A stretch of DNA of 64,000 nucleotides from Candidatus Marinacidobacterales bacterium (GTDB lineage: Bacteria > Acidobacteriota > Vicinamibacteria > Marinacidobacterales > SMYC01). How positions within the stretch are numbered: position 1 is the first letter of the stretch; each line of letters opens with the position of its first letter. This document shows, piece after piece, positions 1 to 9,838 of the stretch. The position numbers and the translations under genes were made by a program. The stretch is from NCBI GenBank assembly GCA_965237955.1, contig OZ250169.1, positions 3,488,001 through 3,552,000 on the forward strand, given 5' to 3'. The notes beneath the pieces were generated by a model that ran no database searches, was not told where the DNA came from, and saw only the letters and a list, made by a program, of their open reading frames with translations.

Positions 1-1
1 C

Positions 2-325
2 TTGCTGCTCTCGAACCACGGCGCTTTGACCGTCGGTAAGGATGTCTACGACGCTTATTTCAAGATGGAGGTTGTCGAGCATTTCGCCGAAATCTCTCTC
101 ATCTCCCGCCAACTGGGAGGCGAGCGGTTGCTTCCCAACAAAGAAGTCTCGCGCTTGCTGGATCTGCGACAAAAGGTGTATCACCTTGAGGGGCCACCCG
201 GCGGGGACGCGTGCCCGATACCCGCGGAAGCCGCGATGGGAAACGGCGACGACATCGTCGAGCTCACGCGAAGCGAATTAGTTCAGCTCATTTCGGACGC
301 CATCCGTGAAGTCGGAGGGCGTTAG
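2..325 (+). CDS. Class II aldolase/adducin family protein, C-terminal part (5'-partial), with probable encapsulation peptide
   Basis: LLSNHGALTVGKDVYDAYFKMEVVEH class II aldolase motif; Pro/Gly linker then amphipathic helix LTRSELVQLISDAIREV; directly upstream of BMC shell genes. Confidence 0.8.
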   Translation: MLLSNHGALTVGKDVYDAYFKMEVVEHFAEISLISRQLGGERLLPNKEVSRLLDLRQKVYHLEGPPGGDACPIPAEAAMGNGDDIVELTRSELVQLISDAIREVGGR

Positions 326-367
326 GTCGGTTCTAACTTTCACGAGAGATATTACACAGGAGGATTC

Positions 368-667
368 ATGGCCGAATCTATGGGTGAAGCATTGGGAATG
401 ATCGAGACCAAGGGACTCGTCGCAATGATCGAAGCGTGCGACGCGATGGTGAAAGCCGCGAAGGTTACCCTCGTCGGCTACGAGAAGATCGGCGCTGGCT
501 TCGTGACCGCGCTCGTTCGCGGCGACGTCGCGGCGTGCAAAGCGGCCACCGATGCCGGTGCCGCCGCAGCGAGGCGCGTCGGCGAGCTCGTGTCGGTGCA
601 CGTGATTCCGCGGCCGCACTCGAGCCTGGAAGATCGCCTCCCCATCGGTAAAACCAACAGCAAGTAA
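368..667 (+). CDS. BMC-H shell hexamer protein (EutM/PduA/CcmK family)
   Basis: [24 protein letters not shown]...[11 protein letters not shown]...HVIPRPH; RBS AGGAGG upstream. Confidence 0.97.
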   Translation: MAESMGEALGMIETKGLVAMIEACDAMVKAAKVTLVGYEKIGAGFVTALVRGDVAACKAATDAGAAAARRVGELVSVHVIPRPHSSLEDRLPIGKTNSK

Positions 668-687
668 GCGCTTCTACGGGCTAAGCG

Positions 688-969
688 ATGATTCTCGGCA
701 GAGTGGCCGGCACGGTGGTGGCCACCCAGAAGGACGAGCGGCTCGAGGGCTTCAAGCTCCTCGTGGTCCAGGCGGTCGAGCCCGATGGTCGGGCCAAAGA
801 CAGCTATGTCATTGCGGTGGATACCGTGGATGCCGGGGTCGGTGAGCTCGTCCTCGTCGTGTCGGGGAGCTCGGCACGCATGGTGTCGGGCTGTGCTGAT
901 CGGCCCGTCGATGCCGCGATTGTCGGTGTCGTTGATGCCGTCGATCTGACGCCGGCGCGGGGTGGTTGA
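688..969 (+). CDS. BMC-P vertex protein (EutN/CcmL family)
   Basis: MILGRVAGTVVATQKD...KLLVV...AVDTVDAGVGELVL...GSSAR...DAAIVGVVD. Confidence 0.95.
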   Translation: MILGRVAGTVVATQKDERLEGFKLLVVQAVEPDGRAKDSYVIAVDTVDAGVGELVLVVSGSSARMVSGCADRPVDAAIVGVVDAVDLTPARGG

Positions 970-975
970 GTCGAC

Positions 976-1257
976 ATGTTTCTCGCGGAGGTCACAGGCA
1001 CCGTCGTCGCCACGGTCAAGGACTCGGGCCTCGCGGCGCGAAAGCTCCTCGTGATCCAGCCGATCGCGGCGTCGGGCAAACCGGATGGTGCGAGCCTGGT
1101 CGCGATCGATAGCGTCGGTGTCGGTGTGGGAGAGCGCGTGATCTACGTCCGCGGCAAAGAAGCGTCGTTCCCGTTCCTTCCGGATCATGTACCCGCAGAT
1201 GCGAGCATCGTCGCCAAGGTGGACGCGATAGAGCATCGCGTCGGAGCGACGCGGTGA
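976..1257 (+). CDS. BMC-P vertex protein (EutN/CcmL family)
   Basis: VTGTVVATVKD...KLLVI...AIDSVGVGVGE...GKEA...DASIVAKVD. Confidence 0.93.
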   Translation: MFLAEVTGTVVATVKDSGLAARKLLVIQPIAASGKPDGASLVAIDSVGVGVGERVIYVRGKEASFPFLPDHVPADASIVAKVDAIEHRVGATR

Positions 1258-1526
1258 TCTTGGGCCGCGTCACCGGCGTCGTCGTGGCGACCCGCAAGCA
1301 CTACAAGCTCGAAGGGCGCAAGCTCTTGCTGGTTCAGCCTCTCGACCTCGAAGGTGAGCCTCGAGGTGTGGCCGTGCTCGCGGTCGACGGCGTCGATGCG
1401 GGGGAGGGCGATCGCGTCCTCGTCGTACAGGAAGGAAAGTCGGCTTCGATGGTCTCGGAAAGAGCGGAGAGCCCGCTCGATGCGGCGGTGGTGGCCGTGG
1501 TCGACGCGGTCGATCTGGTGACATGA
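1254..1526 (+). CDS. BMC-P vertex protein (EutN/CcmL family)
   Basis: MILGRVTGVVVATRKH...AVDGVDAGEGD...DAAVVAVVD; GTGA overlap with previous gene. Confidence 0.93.
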   Translation: MILGRVTGVVVATRKHYKLEGRKLLLVQPLDLEGEPRGVAVLAVDGVDAGEGDRVLVVQEGKSASMVSERAESPLDAAVVAVVDAVDLVT

Positions 1527-1759
1527 GCGTCGATCGAAGCATCGATCGGAATAGGGTACGCGCGCTCGTGCGAGCGGAGCTCGAACGGCGACTCCACTCG
1601 ACCCGCTCGCCGTCGATCGGTGCCGCACCCGCTCTTTTCGAGATCTATCAGGATACCGAATGCTCGGAAGACCCCGACTTCCCCATCCGGAAACCGTGCG
1701 TCATCGAGCCCGAACGCCCCTGCACCAACAGCGGCTACTGCAAGAAACTGGGCTACTGA
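1523..1759 (+). CDS. Small BMC-locus protein with N-terminal amphipathic helix and Cys-rich C-terminus
   Basis: ATGA-coupled to BMC-P gene; RVRALVRAELERRL helix; C-x11-C-x7-C-x5-C pattern. Confidence 0.7.
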   Translation: MSVDRSIDRNRVRALVRAELERRLHSTRSPSIGAAPALFEIYQDTECSEDPDFPIRKPCVIEPERPCTNSGYCKKLGY

Positions 1760-1774
1760 GGCTTTTAAAGCACA

Positions 1775-1897
1775 ACGCAAAGGCGCAGAGTCGCGAAGAC
1801 GCAAAGAGCGCTAAGCTCGTGATCGGATCGGAGGCAATATGAACCAGCCTCGTCGATCTTTGCGCCTTGGCGTCTTTGCGCCTTTGCGTTAAAAAAA
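1775..1897. repeat. REP-like palindromic element built from CGCAAAG/CTTTGCG units
   Basis: Left arm acgcaaaggcgcagag...cgcaaag, right arm ctttgcgccttggcgtctttgcgcctttgcgttaaaa; related copy at 5175-5254. Confidence 0.7.
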
Positions 1898-3055
1898 GTG
1901 CACCGCACGATCTTTCATGTCGATATGGACGCGTTCTACACGTCCGTCGAGCAGCGTGATCATCCAGAGCACCGCGGCAAGCCCGTTATCGTAGGCGCGG
2001 ATCCGCAAGGCGGCCGCGGGCGCGGCGTCGTAGCCGCGGCGTCCTACGAAGCGCGCACGTTCGGCGTGCACTCCGCCTTGCCCATCAGCCGCGCCTATCG
2101 GTTGTGCCCGCAAGGTGTCTACCTTCGCGGCAACATGAAGAACTACGCTCGGGTCTCGCGCCGCATCATAGATGTTCTCGAGAGCTACACCGATCTCGTC
2201 GAGCCGATATCTATCGACGAGGCTTTCATGGACGTGAGCGTGATTTGCCTTCCCGAGAAGGGACGAGCACTCGCCGAGGAAGTGAGAGAAAACGTTTTCC
2301 GTCACGAACAACTAAAAGCGTCGATCGGCGTCGCCTCCAACAAGTTTCTCGCCAAGATCGCTTCCGATCTCGAAAAACCCGATGGGCTCGTGGTCGTGCC
2401 CGAGGGCGGCGAGCTCGCGTTCCTCGAGCATCTTCCCGTCGAGCGCCTGTGGGGTGTGGGTCCGAAAACGGCGGAGCGTCTTCACGAGATGGGCTATCGC
2501 AAGATAAGCGATCTCTGGAAAGTCGACCCCGGTGGTCTTCCCATGGGCAAGCACGGGGATCACATCTTGAAGCTCTCCCGCGGGATCGATGCCCGCAAGG
2601 TCGTTCCGCACCACGCGGCGAAGTCGATTGGACACGAGACGACGTTCCTCGAAGACACCGACGATCCGGAAGTGGTACGAGCCACGCTGCTGAAGCTCGC
2701 GGAGGCCGTCGCCCGCCGGCTACGAAGTCACGGTGTGCGTGGCAAAACGGTCACGCTCAAGTTTCGAGACGCCGACTTCGTGACCGAGACGCGCGCCCAT
2801 ACCCTCAGAGAGCCCACCGAAGATGCCAAGGAGATCTTCGACGTTGTGCTCGCACAGATGGAGCGCGTCCGTGGCAAAGGGAAGAAGATTCGTCTCCTCG
2901 GGATCAGTCTGTCCAAGCTCGAAAAGCCCGGGGGGCCGCGACAGCTGTCGCTCTTCGGCCGGGAAGACAAGAACGAGCGGCTCAATAGGGCCCAAGACAG
3001 CCTAGCCGAGCGGTTCGGGAAGGGGAGTGTGAAGCGAGCTTCGCTTTTGGATTAG
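1898..3055 (+). CDS. dinB: DNA polymerase IV (Y family)
   Basis: HVDMDAFYTSVEQRD, AASYEAR, SIDEAFMD, NKFLAKIASD; clamp-binding QLSLF near C-terminus. Confidence 0.95.
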   Translation: MHRTIFHVDMDAFYTSVEQRDHPEHRGKPVIVGADPQGGRGRGVVAAASYEARTFGVHSALPISRAYRLCPQGVYLRGNMKNYARVSRRIIDVLESYTDLVEPISIDEAFMDVSVICLPEKGRALAEEVRENVFRHEQLKASIGVASNKFLAKIASDLEKPDGLVVVPEGGELAFLEHLPVERLWGVGPKTAERLHEMGYRKISDLWKVDPGGLPMGKHGDHILKLSRGIDARKVVPHHAAKSIGHETTFLEDTDDPEVVRATLLKLAEAVARRLRSHGVRGKTVTLKFRDADFVTETRAHTLREPTEDAKEIFDVVLAQMERVRGKGKKIRLLGISLSKLEKPGGPRQLSLFGREDKNERLNRAQDSLAERFGKGSVKRASLLD

Positions 3056-3086
3056 ACCGAGTCCTCAACAGAGTTACAATAAGCGC

Positions 3087-3914
3087 ATGGAACCACTGAA
3101 TCGCAAGCTCGCCATCGTGGGGCTCGGAAAGCTGGGCGGGCTCCTCGCGGAGTCGTTCATTGCGCGTGGCCTCACTCAGCCCAAAGACCTCGTCGGTACC
3201 GTCCGCCACAAGGCTCGAGCCGAGAAGCTCGACGGGTCGCACCCGTTTCCGGTGCATACCGACAATCGCGATGCGGTCTCGGACGCCGATATCGTCCTCC
3301 TCGCCGTCAAGCCGCAAATGGTCGAATCTGTGTGTGAGGAGATCCGCTCGGTGGTCACGAAGGACAAGCTCGTCATCTCTATCGCGGCCGGGGTTCCGAT
3401 GGGAAGCATCGAGCGTTTTTTCTCGGGCGAGGTTCCCGTCGTTCGGGCCATGCCGAACACGCCGTGCGCGGTCGGTGCCGGCATGACGGTTCTCTGCCGT
3501 GGGAAAGCGGCGACGGATGAAAACGTGGCGCTGGCCGAGCGCCTCTTCGATACCGTGGGGCGCACGATAGTTTTGGACGAGAGGCACATGGACGCCGTCA
3601 CCGGGTTGTCCGCGAGCGGACCGGCGTACATCTACGTCATTCTCGAATCCCTCGCGGAGGCGGGGGTCAAATTGGGACTGCCTCGCGACACGGCGACGTT
3701 GCTCGCGGCGCAAACGGCAAAAGGCGCCGCCGAGCAAGTGCTCGTGACCGGCTCGCATCCGGCCTTGCTGAAAGACGAGGTCACCACGCCGGCGGGCTGC
3801 ACCATCGACGGGCTTCTCGAGCTCGAAGAAGGGAAGCTACGCGTCACTTTGATCAAAGCCGTCGTCAAGGCCGGCCAACGTGCGCGGGAGCTGTATCGGG
3901 CTCAGGAGGACTAG
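3087..3914 (+). CDS. proC: Pyrroline-5-carboxylate reductase
   Basis: LAVKPQ, SIAAG, VRAMPNTP, GLSASGPAY, VTTPAGCT. Confidence 0.95.
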   Translation: MEPLNRKLAIVGLGKLGGLLAESFIARGLTQPKDLVGTVRHKARAEKLDGSHPFPVHTDNRDAVSDADIVLLAVKPQMVESVCEEIRSVVTKDKLVISIAAGVPMGSIERFFSGEVPVVRAMPNTPCAVGAGMTVLCRGKAATDENVALAERLFDTVGRTIVLDERHMDAVTGLSASGPAYIYVILESLAEAGVKLGLPRDTATLLAAQTAKGAAEQVLVTGSHPALLKDEVTTPAGCTIDGLLELEEGKLRVTLIKAVVKAGQRARELYRAQED

Positions 3915-3922
3915 GCTATCCG

Positions 3923-5158
3923 CTATCGGCGGGTTTCGGGTAAGAGCTCGGTTTGGATTGTTTCCCAGGCTTCGCTCGGCAGTTTTAGCGTGATGTCTTC
4001 GTCTTTTCTTGTCGCGTAGGCGACGCCTGCGTCGAGGTGTATCGAGATTTCGTCTTCGGCGCCGTCGGTCGAAACGGTAATCACGAACGCCGGGTCGCCG
4101 GACGGGAGCGTTGTGACGATCTCAGTAGGAGTCATGCTCGAAAGCGCGCTCAGCAGGTCCTGGGCTTCGTCGCGATCAAGCGAGCGATCCTCGTCGGGGC
4201 TCACGATGAGGACCACGGTCGTCTCGGTCGTCGGATGGTGCAGGAGCTTCTTGGACCATCGATCGGCGACCTCTCTTTGAAGCTCGTGGACGAGGCCGCC
4301 TTCGATCACGAACACCTGGTCGTGCGACGGCACGCGTGCATAGTAGTCGATGTTTTTCTTGCTCCCGATTTCGAGAGCCATGCTGCCGATGTCGCCTTGG
4401 AACGCTACGTCGAGACGGTACCCAGGGGGATCGAGTCCAGTGCCGTCAGCGTCTTCGGCGAGGTCCAACATCTCGGCTCGTCGGAAGCGTGCCACCATTC
4501 CCGTGACCGCGAAGCGATCGACGCGCGCCCGGGGGGGAGCCACCGTCTTCCACACGCCACCGTCGTTCGTGAGTTCGATGGTCTCGTCCCCGCGCACGAT
4601 CGAAACGCGCTCGGGCTCGGCGTCCTCGGGCAGATGAAAGATCGCTTTGTCGCGCACGTCCCACGCGCTCTTGTCGAGATTGTTCGCAAGGTGTGACGCG
4701 ACCACGAGCACCTCGTCCGATCCGATGCGCTCGGCGTACTGGTTCGACGGAGTGAGCGTATCCTTGCCGAACCGAAGGCCGTACTCACCGCCTTCGGTGG
4801 TGACGAAACGGACTTCGAGCGTCGGAGTATCGAGCCCGAACTCCATCATGTCCATATCGGCTTCACGCGCAAAGGAACGGACCACGGTCATCGTCGCGAG
4901 GTTCGAGAGAATAAGGTCCACTTCGCGCTGGTCGGACGCCGCGTCGACCGGTTGAACGACGCGAAAGCTCTCGTCTTTTCGTTCGATCACCACGGGCTCG
5001 GTACCGAACCGCCGAATCTCCACGCGCTCGATATCGTCTTCGGCGACGTCGAACACGCGCTCGACGTCCGCACCCGCACCCTCGTCCCTCTCGAGCCAGT
5101 AGACGATCCCCACAAGAATGGCGAGCACCGCTGCCGCTACGAGCGTAGACCGTTTCAT
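3923..5158 (-). CDS. DUF4340-type membrane-anchored protein
   Basis: N-terminal TM helix, repeated (F/T)GLDxP domains, last gene of Gld-like ABC operon. Confidence 0.75.
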   Translation of the reverse strand: MKRSTLVAAAVLAILVGIVYWLERDEGAGADVERVFDVAEDDIERVEIRRFGTEPVVIERKDESFRVVQPVDAASDQREVDLILSNLATMTVVRSFAREADMDMMEFGLDTPTLEVRFVTTEGGEYGLRFGKDTLTPSNQYAERIGSDEVLVVASHLANNLDKSAWDVRDKAIFHLPEDAEPERVSIVRGDETIELTNDGGVWKTVAPPRARVDRFAVTGMVARFRRAEMLDLAEDADGTGLDPPGYRLDVAFQGDIGSMALEIGSKKNIDYYARVPSHDQVFVIEGGLVHELQREVADRWSKKLLHHPTTETTVVLIVSPDEDRSLDRDEAQDLLSALSSMTPTEIVTTLPSGDPAFVITVSTDGAEDEISIHLDAGVAYATRKDEDITLKLPSEAWETIQTELLPETRR

Positions 5159-5174
5159 CGATTAGAAAAAACAA

Positions 5175-5254
5175 ACGCAAAGTCGCAAAGTCGCAAAGTC
5201 CTTTCTAGATGGTCTTGCCCTCTTTGCGTCTTTGCGCCTTTGCGTTAAAAAAAA
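5175..5254. repeat. REP-like palindromic element (second CGCAAAG copy)
   Basis: acgcaaagtcgcaaagtcgcaaag ... ctttgcgtctttgcgcctttgcgttaaaa; same 3' arm as 1775-1897. Confidence 0.7.
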
Positions 5255-5281
5255 TCAAGCGCGGCTGCATCGAGTTAGCAG

Positions 5282-6856
5282 TTAGCGGCCCCACCACAGC
5301 GACACGCCGGTGACGATCACCATGCCCGGGATGATGAAGAGCGACAAGAAGAAAACGTTCTGACGCTGCTGATCGGTCATCAACACCGAGCGCTCCTCGG
5401 GCTCGCGCGGGCGAATCGAAATGAGATCTTCGTCCTGCGCGACCCAGTTCACCATGTTCAAGAACAAGTCGGCGTTCAAAAGTGGCGCTTGAGCGAGCTC
5501 GTTCGCGATGAAATCCGAATCTCCCACGACGACGACCCGCGACGGCCCTAATGAGGAAGACGAGGAAGCGTCGTCATCGTGCTCGATGGTGAGGGCCATC
5601 GCGAGCCCGATGGGGCCGAGCGCCTGTCCCGGGGCCGGGCCGCGTCGTTGAGGCAGCTCTTTGGGGCGCGTCTCTGCCCAGCTGTTCTCGTCCGCGGTCG
5701 TGAACAGCTCGCGCATGTCGCTGCCTTCGGGTACATCGTCGCCCATGGTGACGCTGCGCGCGAGCGGGAAGATACTCATGACGTTTCCGAAACTCTCGAC
5801 GATCGGGTGGCTGCCGTAGCTCTCGACGACGGGAGCGAAGGATGGCTGTGCCAGCGGGTCGACGACGACGTCTTGTCCGAGCACGATGCCGCGCTCGACG
5901 ATCAACCCTATTAGCTCGACCGCGAGCCCTCCCTGGGTTTCCGGATCCACGAGAAAAATGACACCCCCGCCACCGTCGATGTACGCGTCGAGGGCGTCGA
6001 GCTCTTCCTGAAGAAAATCTATCCGAGGACCGGCGACGACGACGGCGGCCGCGTCGTCGGGAATGCGGAGCGTCTCGCCGTCGTCGCCTAACGAGCGCGC
6101 GATGACGAGGGCCTGGGTGTCGTAGGCGGAATTTGCAAGTTTCCCAGCGACGATGGAAATCCCGGTGGGGCCAGCGGTGTCGAGAAGCTCCTTCTCCTGA
6201 TGGCCCGACGTGAAGTAGATCTGTTTGGTCTCGTTCGTCAACGCACGGATGAGAGCACTCGTGATTTCAGGCTCGGTCGCGGCCGTCGCCCGCCCTTGCC
6301 GCTCGCCGGTATCGATAATGATGGTGCCGAGTGCGAGGGGCTCGGTCGGACTCGTGTATGCGAGGGCTCTTTCCGGCTCGGCCTCGGGATCGATCGTCTC
6401 GGTGTCGACGCGTGCGCTCGCGTCGTCGTAGAGTTTGAGCAGATCTTCCGCCCGGATCTGCGGCTCGCTCCCCCGGCGATCGAGGAGCACGATCTCGATG
6501 TCGGTTGTAAGCTCGTCGAGAATCTTCGTCGTCTGATCCGATAGCGAGTACTGCTTTGTGGCGGTCGCGTCCCACTGCTCGGCGTGCTCGTCGGCGATGT
6601 AGTTGATGAGCACAACGATGGCGATGACGATCACGATCAGAAGAGCCGAGTTGGCACCTTCCCTCGTGCTCCGACTCCCGAGCGCCGGAGCGAGCTCGCT
6701 CCACCGGCTCGCGATGTACACCGCGCACAACACCAGCCCGGCGATGAGAAAGCTCGCCCAGTAGATCTCCTGGGCGCGTTGCATCGCCCACAGAAGAATT
6801 CCCGCGAGTAGAAACCCGAGCCCGAGCGAGCCGAGATAGGTCGCGAATTTTTTCAT
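5282..6856 (-). CDS. GldG-like ABC transporter auxiliary component
   Basis: WDATATKQYSLSDQT, YFTSGHQE, VVVVGDSDF, NADLFLNMVNW; terminal TM helices. Confidence 0.88.
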   Translation of the reverse strand: MKKFATYLGSLGLGFLLAGILLWAMQRAQEIYWASFLIAGLVLCAVYIASRWSELAPALGSRSTREGANSALLIVIVIAIVVLINYIADEHAEQWDATATKQYSLSDQTTKILDELTTDIEIVLLDRRGSEPQIRAEDLLKLYDDASARVDTETIDPEAEPERALAYTSPTEPLALGTIIIDTGERQGRATAATEPEITSALIRALTNETKQIYFTSGHQEKELLDTAGPTGISIVAGKLANSAYDTQALVIARSLGDDGETLRIPDDAAAVVVAGPRIDFLQEELDALDAYIDGGGGVIFLVDPETQGGLAVELIGLIVERGIVLGQDVVVDPLAQPSFAPVVESYGSHPIVESFGNVMSIFPLARSVTMGDDVPEGSDMRELFTTADENSWAETRPKELPQRRGPAPGQALGPIGLAMALTIEHDDDASSSSSLGPSRVVVVGDSDFIANELAQAPLLNADLFLNMVNWVAQDEDLISIRPREPEERSVLMTDQQRQNVFFLSLFIIPGMVIVTGVSLWWGR

Positions 6857-6857
6857 T

Positions 6858-7607
6858 TCAGCTTCGCCATCGGTAGGACTCGATGGACTGCTTCGTTAGA
6901 AAAAGTCCGAGAGCCGTGAACGACAAGTAGTACACGACGTCGCGCGAATCGATGACGCCTTTGGCGAACTCTTCGAGATGCCGGCTGACCGAAAGGTACG
7001 GTACCAGCGCCTGCGCCCAACCGCCCCAGTTCTGCGCGATCTCGATGAGATAGAGAAACAGAAAAACGCCGAACGACAATAACCCCGCCACGATCTGGTT
7101 CTTGGTCATCGAGCTGAAGACGAGACCGAAGGAGATGTACGCACTCCCGAGGAGGAGCATCCCCAAGTAGCCGACCGCGATGGGCTTCCATTCGGGATCC
7201 CCGAAATAAAACAACAGGCCCATGTGAAGGAAAGTCCCACCGAGCATCACGAGATAGAGCGTCAACGCGCCGAAGAACTTCCCGAGCACGAGCTGGCTGT
7301 CGGTCAAGGGTGACGTGAACAAGAGCTCGATCGTCCCCGAGCGAAGCTCTTCCGAGAACGATCGCATGGTGACGAGCGGTAGAACGAACATGACGATGAC
7401 CGCGGTGGTGTTGAAGAGCCACCGGATCATGTCCTGGTTGATGTTTGCCGTGTGCCCCTGGGCGCCCCTGGGGTCGACGAAGATCTCGAGCTCACCGTAG
7501 AAATACAGACCGAAGAGAAACAAGAAAAGCGCGAGAACGACGTAGGCGATAGGTGTGCCGAAATACGCGTGCACCTCGCGGCGAACGAGCGCCAAGAGGG
7601 TCGTCAT
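6858..7607 (-). CDS. ABC-2 permease (GldF-like)
   Basis: PLVTMRSFSEELRSGTIELLFTSP, KNQIVA; multiple TM helices. Confidence 0.9.
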   Translation of the reverse strand: MTTLLALVRREVHAYFGTPIAYVVLALFLFLFGLYFYGELEIFVDPRGAQGHTANINQDMIRWLFNTTAVIVMFVLPLVTMRSFSEELRSGTIELLFTSPLTDSQLVLGKFFGALTLYLVMLGGTFLHMGLLFYFGDPEWKPIAVGYLGMLLLGSAYISFGLVFSSMTKNQIVAGLLSFGVFLFLYLIEIAQNWGGWAQALVPYLSVSRHLEEFAKGVIDSRDVVYYLSFTALGLFLTKQSIESYRWRS

Positions 7608-8566
7608 CGAGCGTCCTCGGCTTCGTTCGCGATCGCGCGAAGGTACACGTCCTCAAGGCTCATTCCGGAGCGGTGGAGCTCGAGCAAACCGAGACCTCGG
7701 GTCACGATTCGCTCCGCCAGCGTCCGGCGGACATCGACATCGGAAGCCACTTCGATCGCGAACGAGACAACGTCGTTCGACGTGCGTCCCGACACTCGGA
7801 AATCCAGGACCCCAACGGTTTCGCGGATCACGGCTTCGATCTCGCCGAGAGAACCTTGAACGGTGACGTCGACGGAATCGGTTTTGCGGAACTGGTCCCG
7901 GAATCGATCAGTGAGGCTTTCCGGAGTACCCTGCGCGACGAGCTGGCCGCGGTTGATGATCACCACGCGATCGCACGTCATCGACACCTCGGGGAGGATG
8001 TGGGTCGACAAAATCACGGTGTGATCGCCGCCGAGAGTCTTGATCAACTCCCGGGTCTCGTTGATTTGCTGCGGGTCGAGCCCCGCGGTGGGCTCGTCGA
8101 GGATCAGGACTTCGGGATCATGAACGAGCGCCTGGGCGAGCCCCACCCGCTGGCGGAAGCCTTTGGAGAGCTTCGCGGTGAGCTTGTCGCGCACTTCGGT
8201 GAGCGAGCAGCGCTCGAGGGCGCGCTCAACCTTCTGGTTGCGCTCAACCGAGGGTACGCCTTTGATGTGTGCGACGAAGTGCACGTAGTCGACGACGCTC
8301 ATCTCCGGATAAAGAGGTGGAGTTTCCGGGAGGTAGCCGATCTTCGCTTTCGCGGCGAGCGGTTCGGCGACGACGTCGTGGCCGGCGACGCGCGCGGTTC
8401 CGGCCGAAGGCGGAAAGAATCCGGTCAGAACGCGCATCGTCGTCGTCTTGCCGGCTCCGTTCGGTCCGAGAAAGCCGAGAATCTCGCCTGCATCGACGGA
8501 GAAGCTGAGGTCTCGAACGGCCGTGAACGGTCCGTACTCTTTGGTGACGTCTTTGACTTCGATCAC
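7604..8566 (-). CDS. ABC transporter ATP-binding protein (GldA-like)
   Basis: GPNGAGKTT, LSKGFRQRVGLA, ILDEPTAGLDP. Confidence 0.95.
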   Translation of the reverse strand: MIEVKDVTKEYGPFTAVRDLSFSVDAGEILGFLGPNGAGKTTTMRVLTGFFPPSAGTARVAGHDVVAEPLAAKAKIGYLPETPPLYPEMSVVDYVHFVAHIKGVPSVERNQKVERALERCSLTEVRDKLTAKLSKGFRQRVGLAQALVHDPEVLILDEPTAGLDPQQINETRELIKTLGGDHTVILSTHILPEVSMTCDRVVIINRGQLVAQGTPESLTDRFRDQFRKTDSVDVTVQGSLGEIEAVIRETVGVLDFRVSGRTSNDVVSFAIEVASDVDVRRTLAERIVTRGLGLLELHRSGMSLEDVYLRAIANEAEDAR

Positions 8567-8657
8567 AGCTTCGGTCTTTCGCTTTCAGAGTATAATCGGC
8601 GCGAAAAGGCGGGCAGCCGGAATAGTCGCACCTACCATGGGCAATTGGAAGCGTCGC

Positions 8658-9218
8658 ATGTTAATGAAAGCCGTCGTCGGGTGTCAACTTTTCGCGGTGC
8701 TGGCGCTTCAATCTTGCTCGGCTTGCTCGGATGCGGAGAGCGAGAAGATTCTTCGAGCGCTACAGCTCGAAGACGTGGCCGCGTATTGGGCCATCCAAGG
8801 CCAGGACGAGGAGAAGAACAACTACATCCATCCTGTCGTTCGCTTTCGCGTCTTCAACGGGGCCGAGCAGGATCTCGACTACGTTCAGGTGATGGCGGTT
8901 TTCAAACGGGAGAATTTGCCCGACGAGCCTTGGGGGAACGCTTTCACGTACTCCATCTCGGAAGAGCCGATCCCGCCCGGAGCTACCTCCGACACGATCA
9001 CACTCCGCTCGGACACGAGCTTCATATCGAAGGACTCACCCCAGCAAATGTTTCGCAACGAGAAATGGGAAGAGGTCCAAGTCGAGATTTTCCTCCGTGT
9101 CGGGCCCTCCAGCTGGCAGATATTGGAATCGCGCCAGGTTCCGAAGCACATTGGTGCTCCAGGACTGGAAAAGTTTCTTGAGCCCGCCAAAGACACAGAA
9201 ACCTCTTTCCCTCAGTGA
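8658..9218 (+). CDS. Hypothetical exported protein/lipoprotein (start uncertain)
   Basis: Hydrophobic N-terminus followed by Cys residues; protein-like ORF that fills the gap. Confidence 0.6.
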   Translation: MLMKAVVGCQLFAVLALQSCSACSDAESEKILRALQLEDVAAYWAIQGQDEEKNNYIHPVVRFRVFNGAEQDLDYVQVMAVFKRENLPDEPWGNAFTYSISEEPIPPGATSDTITLRSDTSFISKDSPQQMFRNEKWEEVQVEIFLRVGPSSWQILESRQVPKHIGAPGLEKFLEPAKDTETSFPQ

Positions 9219-9342
9219 CTTCCGGATTCGTCACGTGTCCGTTGGAAAAAACTACGCTGTGCTGTGGAAATCCCCAGTTGTCGGGATGTCCCGACTGGGT
9301 TAAACTCTGATTTTCATAATAGGGGGCATAAGGGAATTCACT

Positions 9343-9822
9343 ATGGCACATCAGGAAATTCCTCAGATGGATGCGGGAAGCGGAAAAACGGTCTCGACGC
9401 CGTTCGGCACCGAGCGCCGTCGTGTGAAGGAGGCTAGCGGAGAAGTGAGCTCAGCCCAAGAGTTGAAAGTCGGCGAGCGAATTCGTGAGGTTCGCAAATC
9501 GAAAAGAATCCGTCAAAAGGTTCTCGCGCGCATGGTCGGTATTTCGCCAGGTGCGCTTACGAACTTCGAGAAGGGACGCAGGCGCATCTCGCTGGATTGG
9601 CTTCACCGTATTGCCGAAGCGTTGGACACGCCGGTGGCGTATTTTCTGCCCGACGAGAAGGGCAAGTCTCGGGCGACCCCCGGCGATCCGCGTGAACGTC
9701 GTCTGCTGAACGCGTGGCGCATGCTGGGAAAGAACGAACTGCTGCGGGCCGACTTTCGTCAGTTGCTCGATCACCTGGGTCGGGCCAAGGGCATCAAGAA
9801 AGTTCGCAAGCGGGCTTCGTAA
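9343..9822 (+). CDS. XRE-family HTH transcriptional regulator
   Basis: VGERIREVRKSKRIRQKVLARMVGISPGALTNFEKGRRRISLDWLHRIAEAL. Confidence 0.9.
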   Translation: MAHQEIPQMDAGSGKTVSTPFGTERRRVKEASGEVSSAQELKVGERIREVRKSKRIRQKVLARMVGISPGALTNFEKGRRRISLDWLHRIAEALDTPVAYFLPDEKGKSRATPGDPRERRLLNAWRMLGKNELLRADFRQLLDHLGRAKGIKKVRKRAS

Positions 9823-9838
9823 ACGCGTTTCGCGTTTC

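Noticed and set aside
9344-9360. TGGCAC as a fourth sigma-54 promoter
   Set aside because: No TTGC at the -12 position (reads GAAAT), and it overlaps the XRE start codon.
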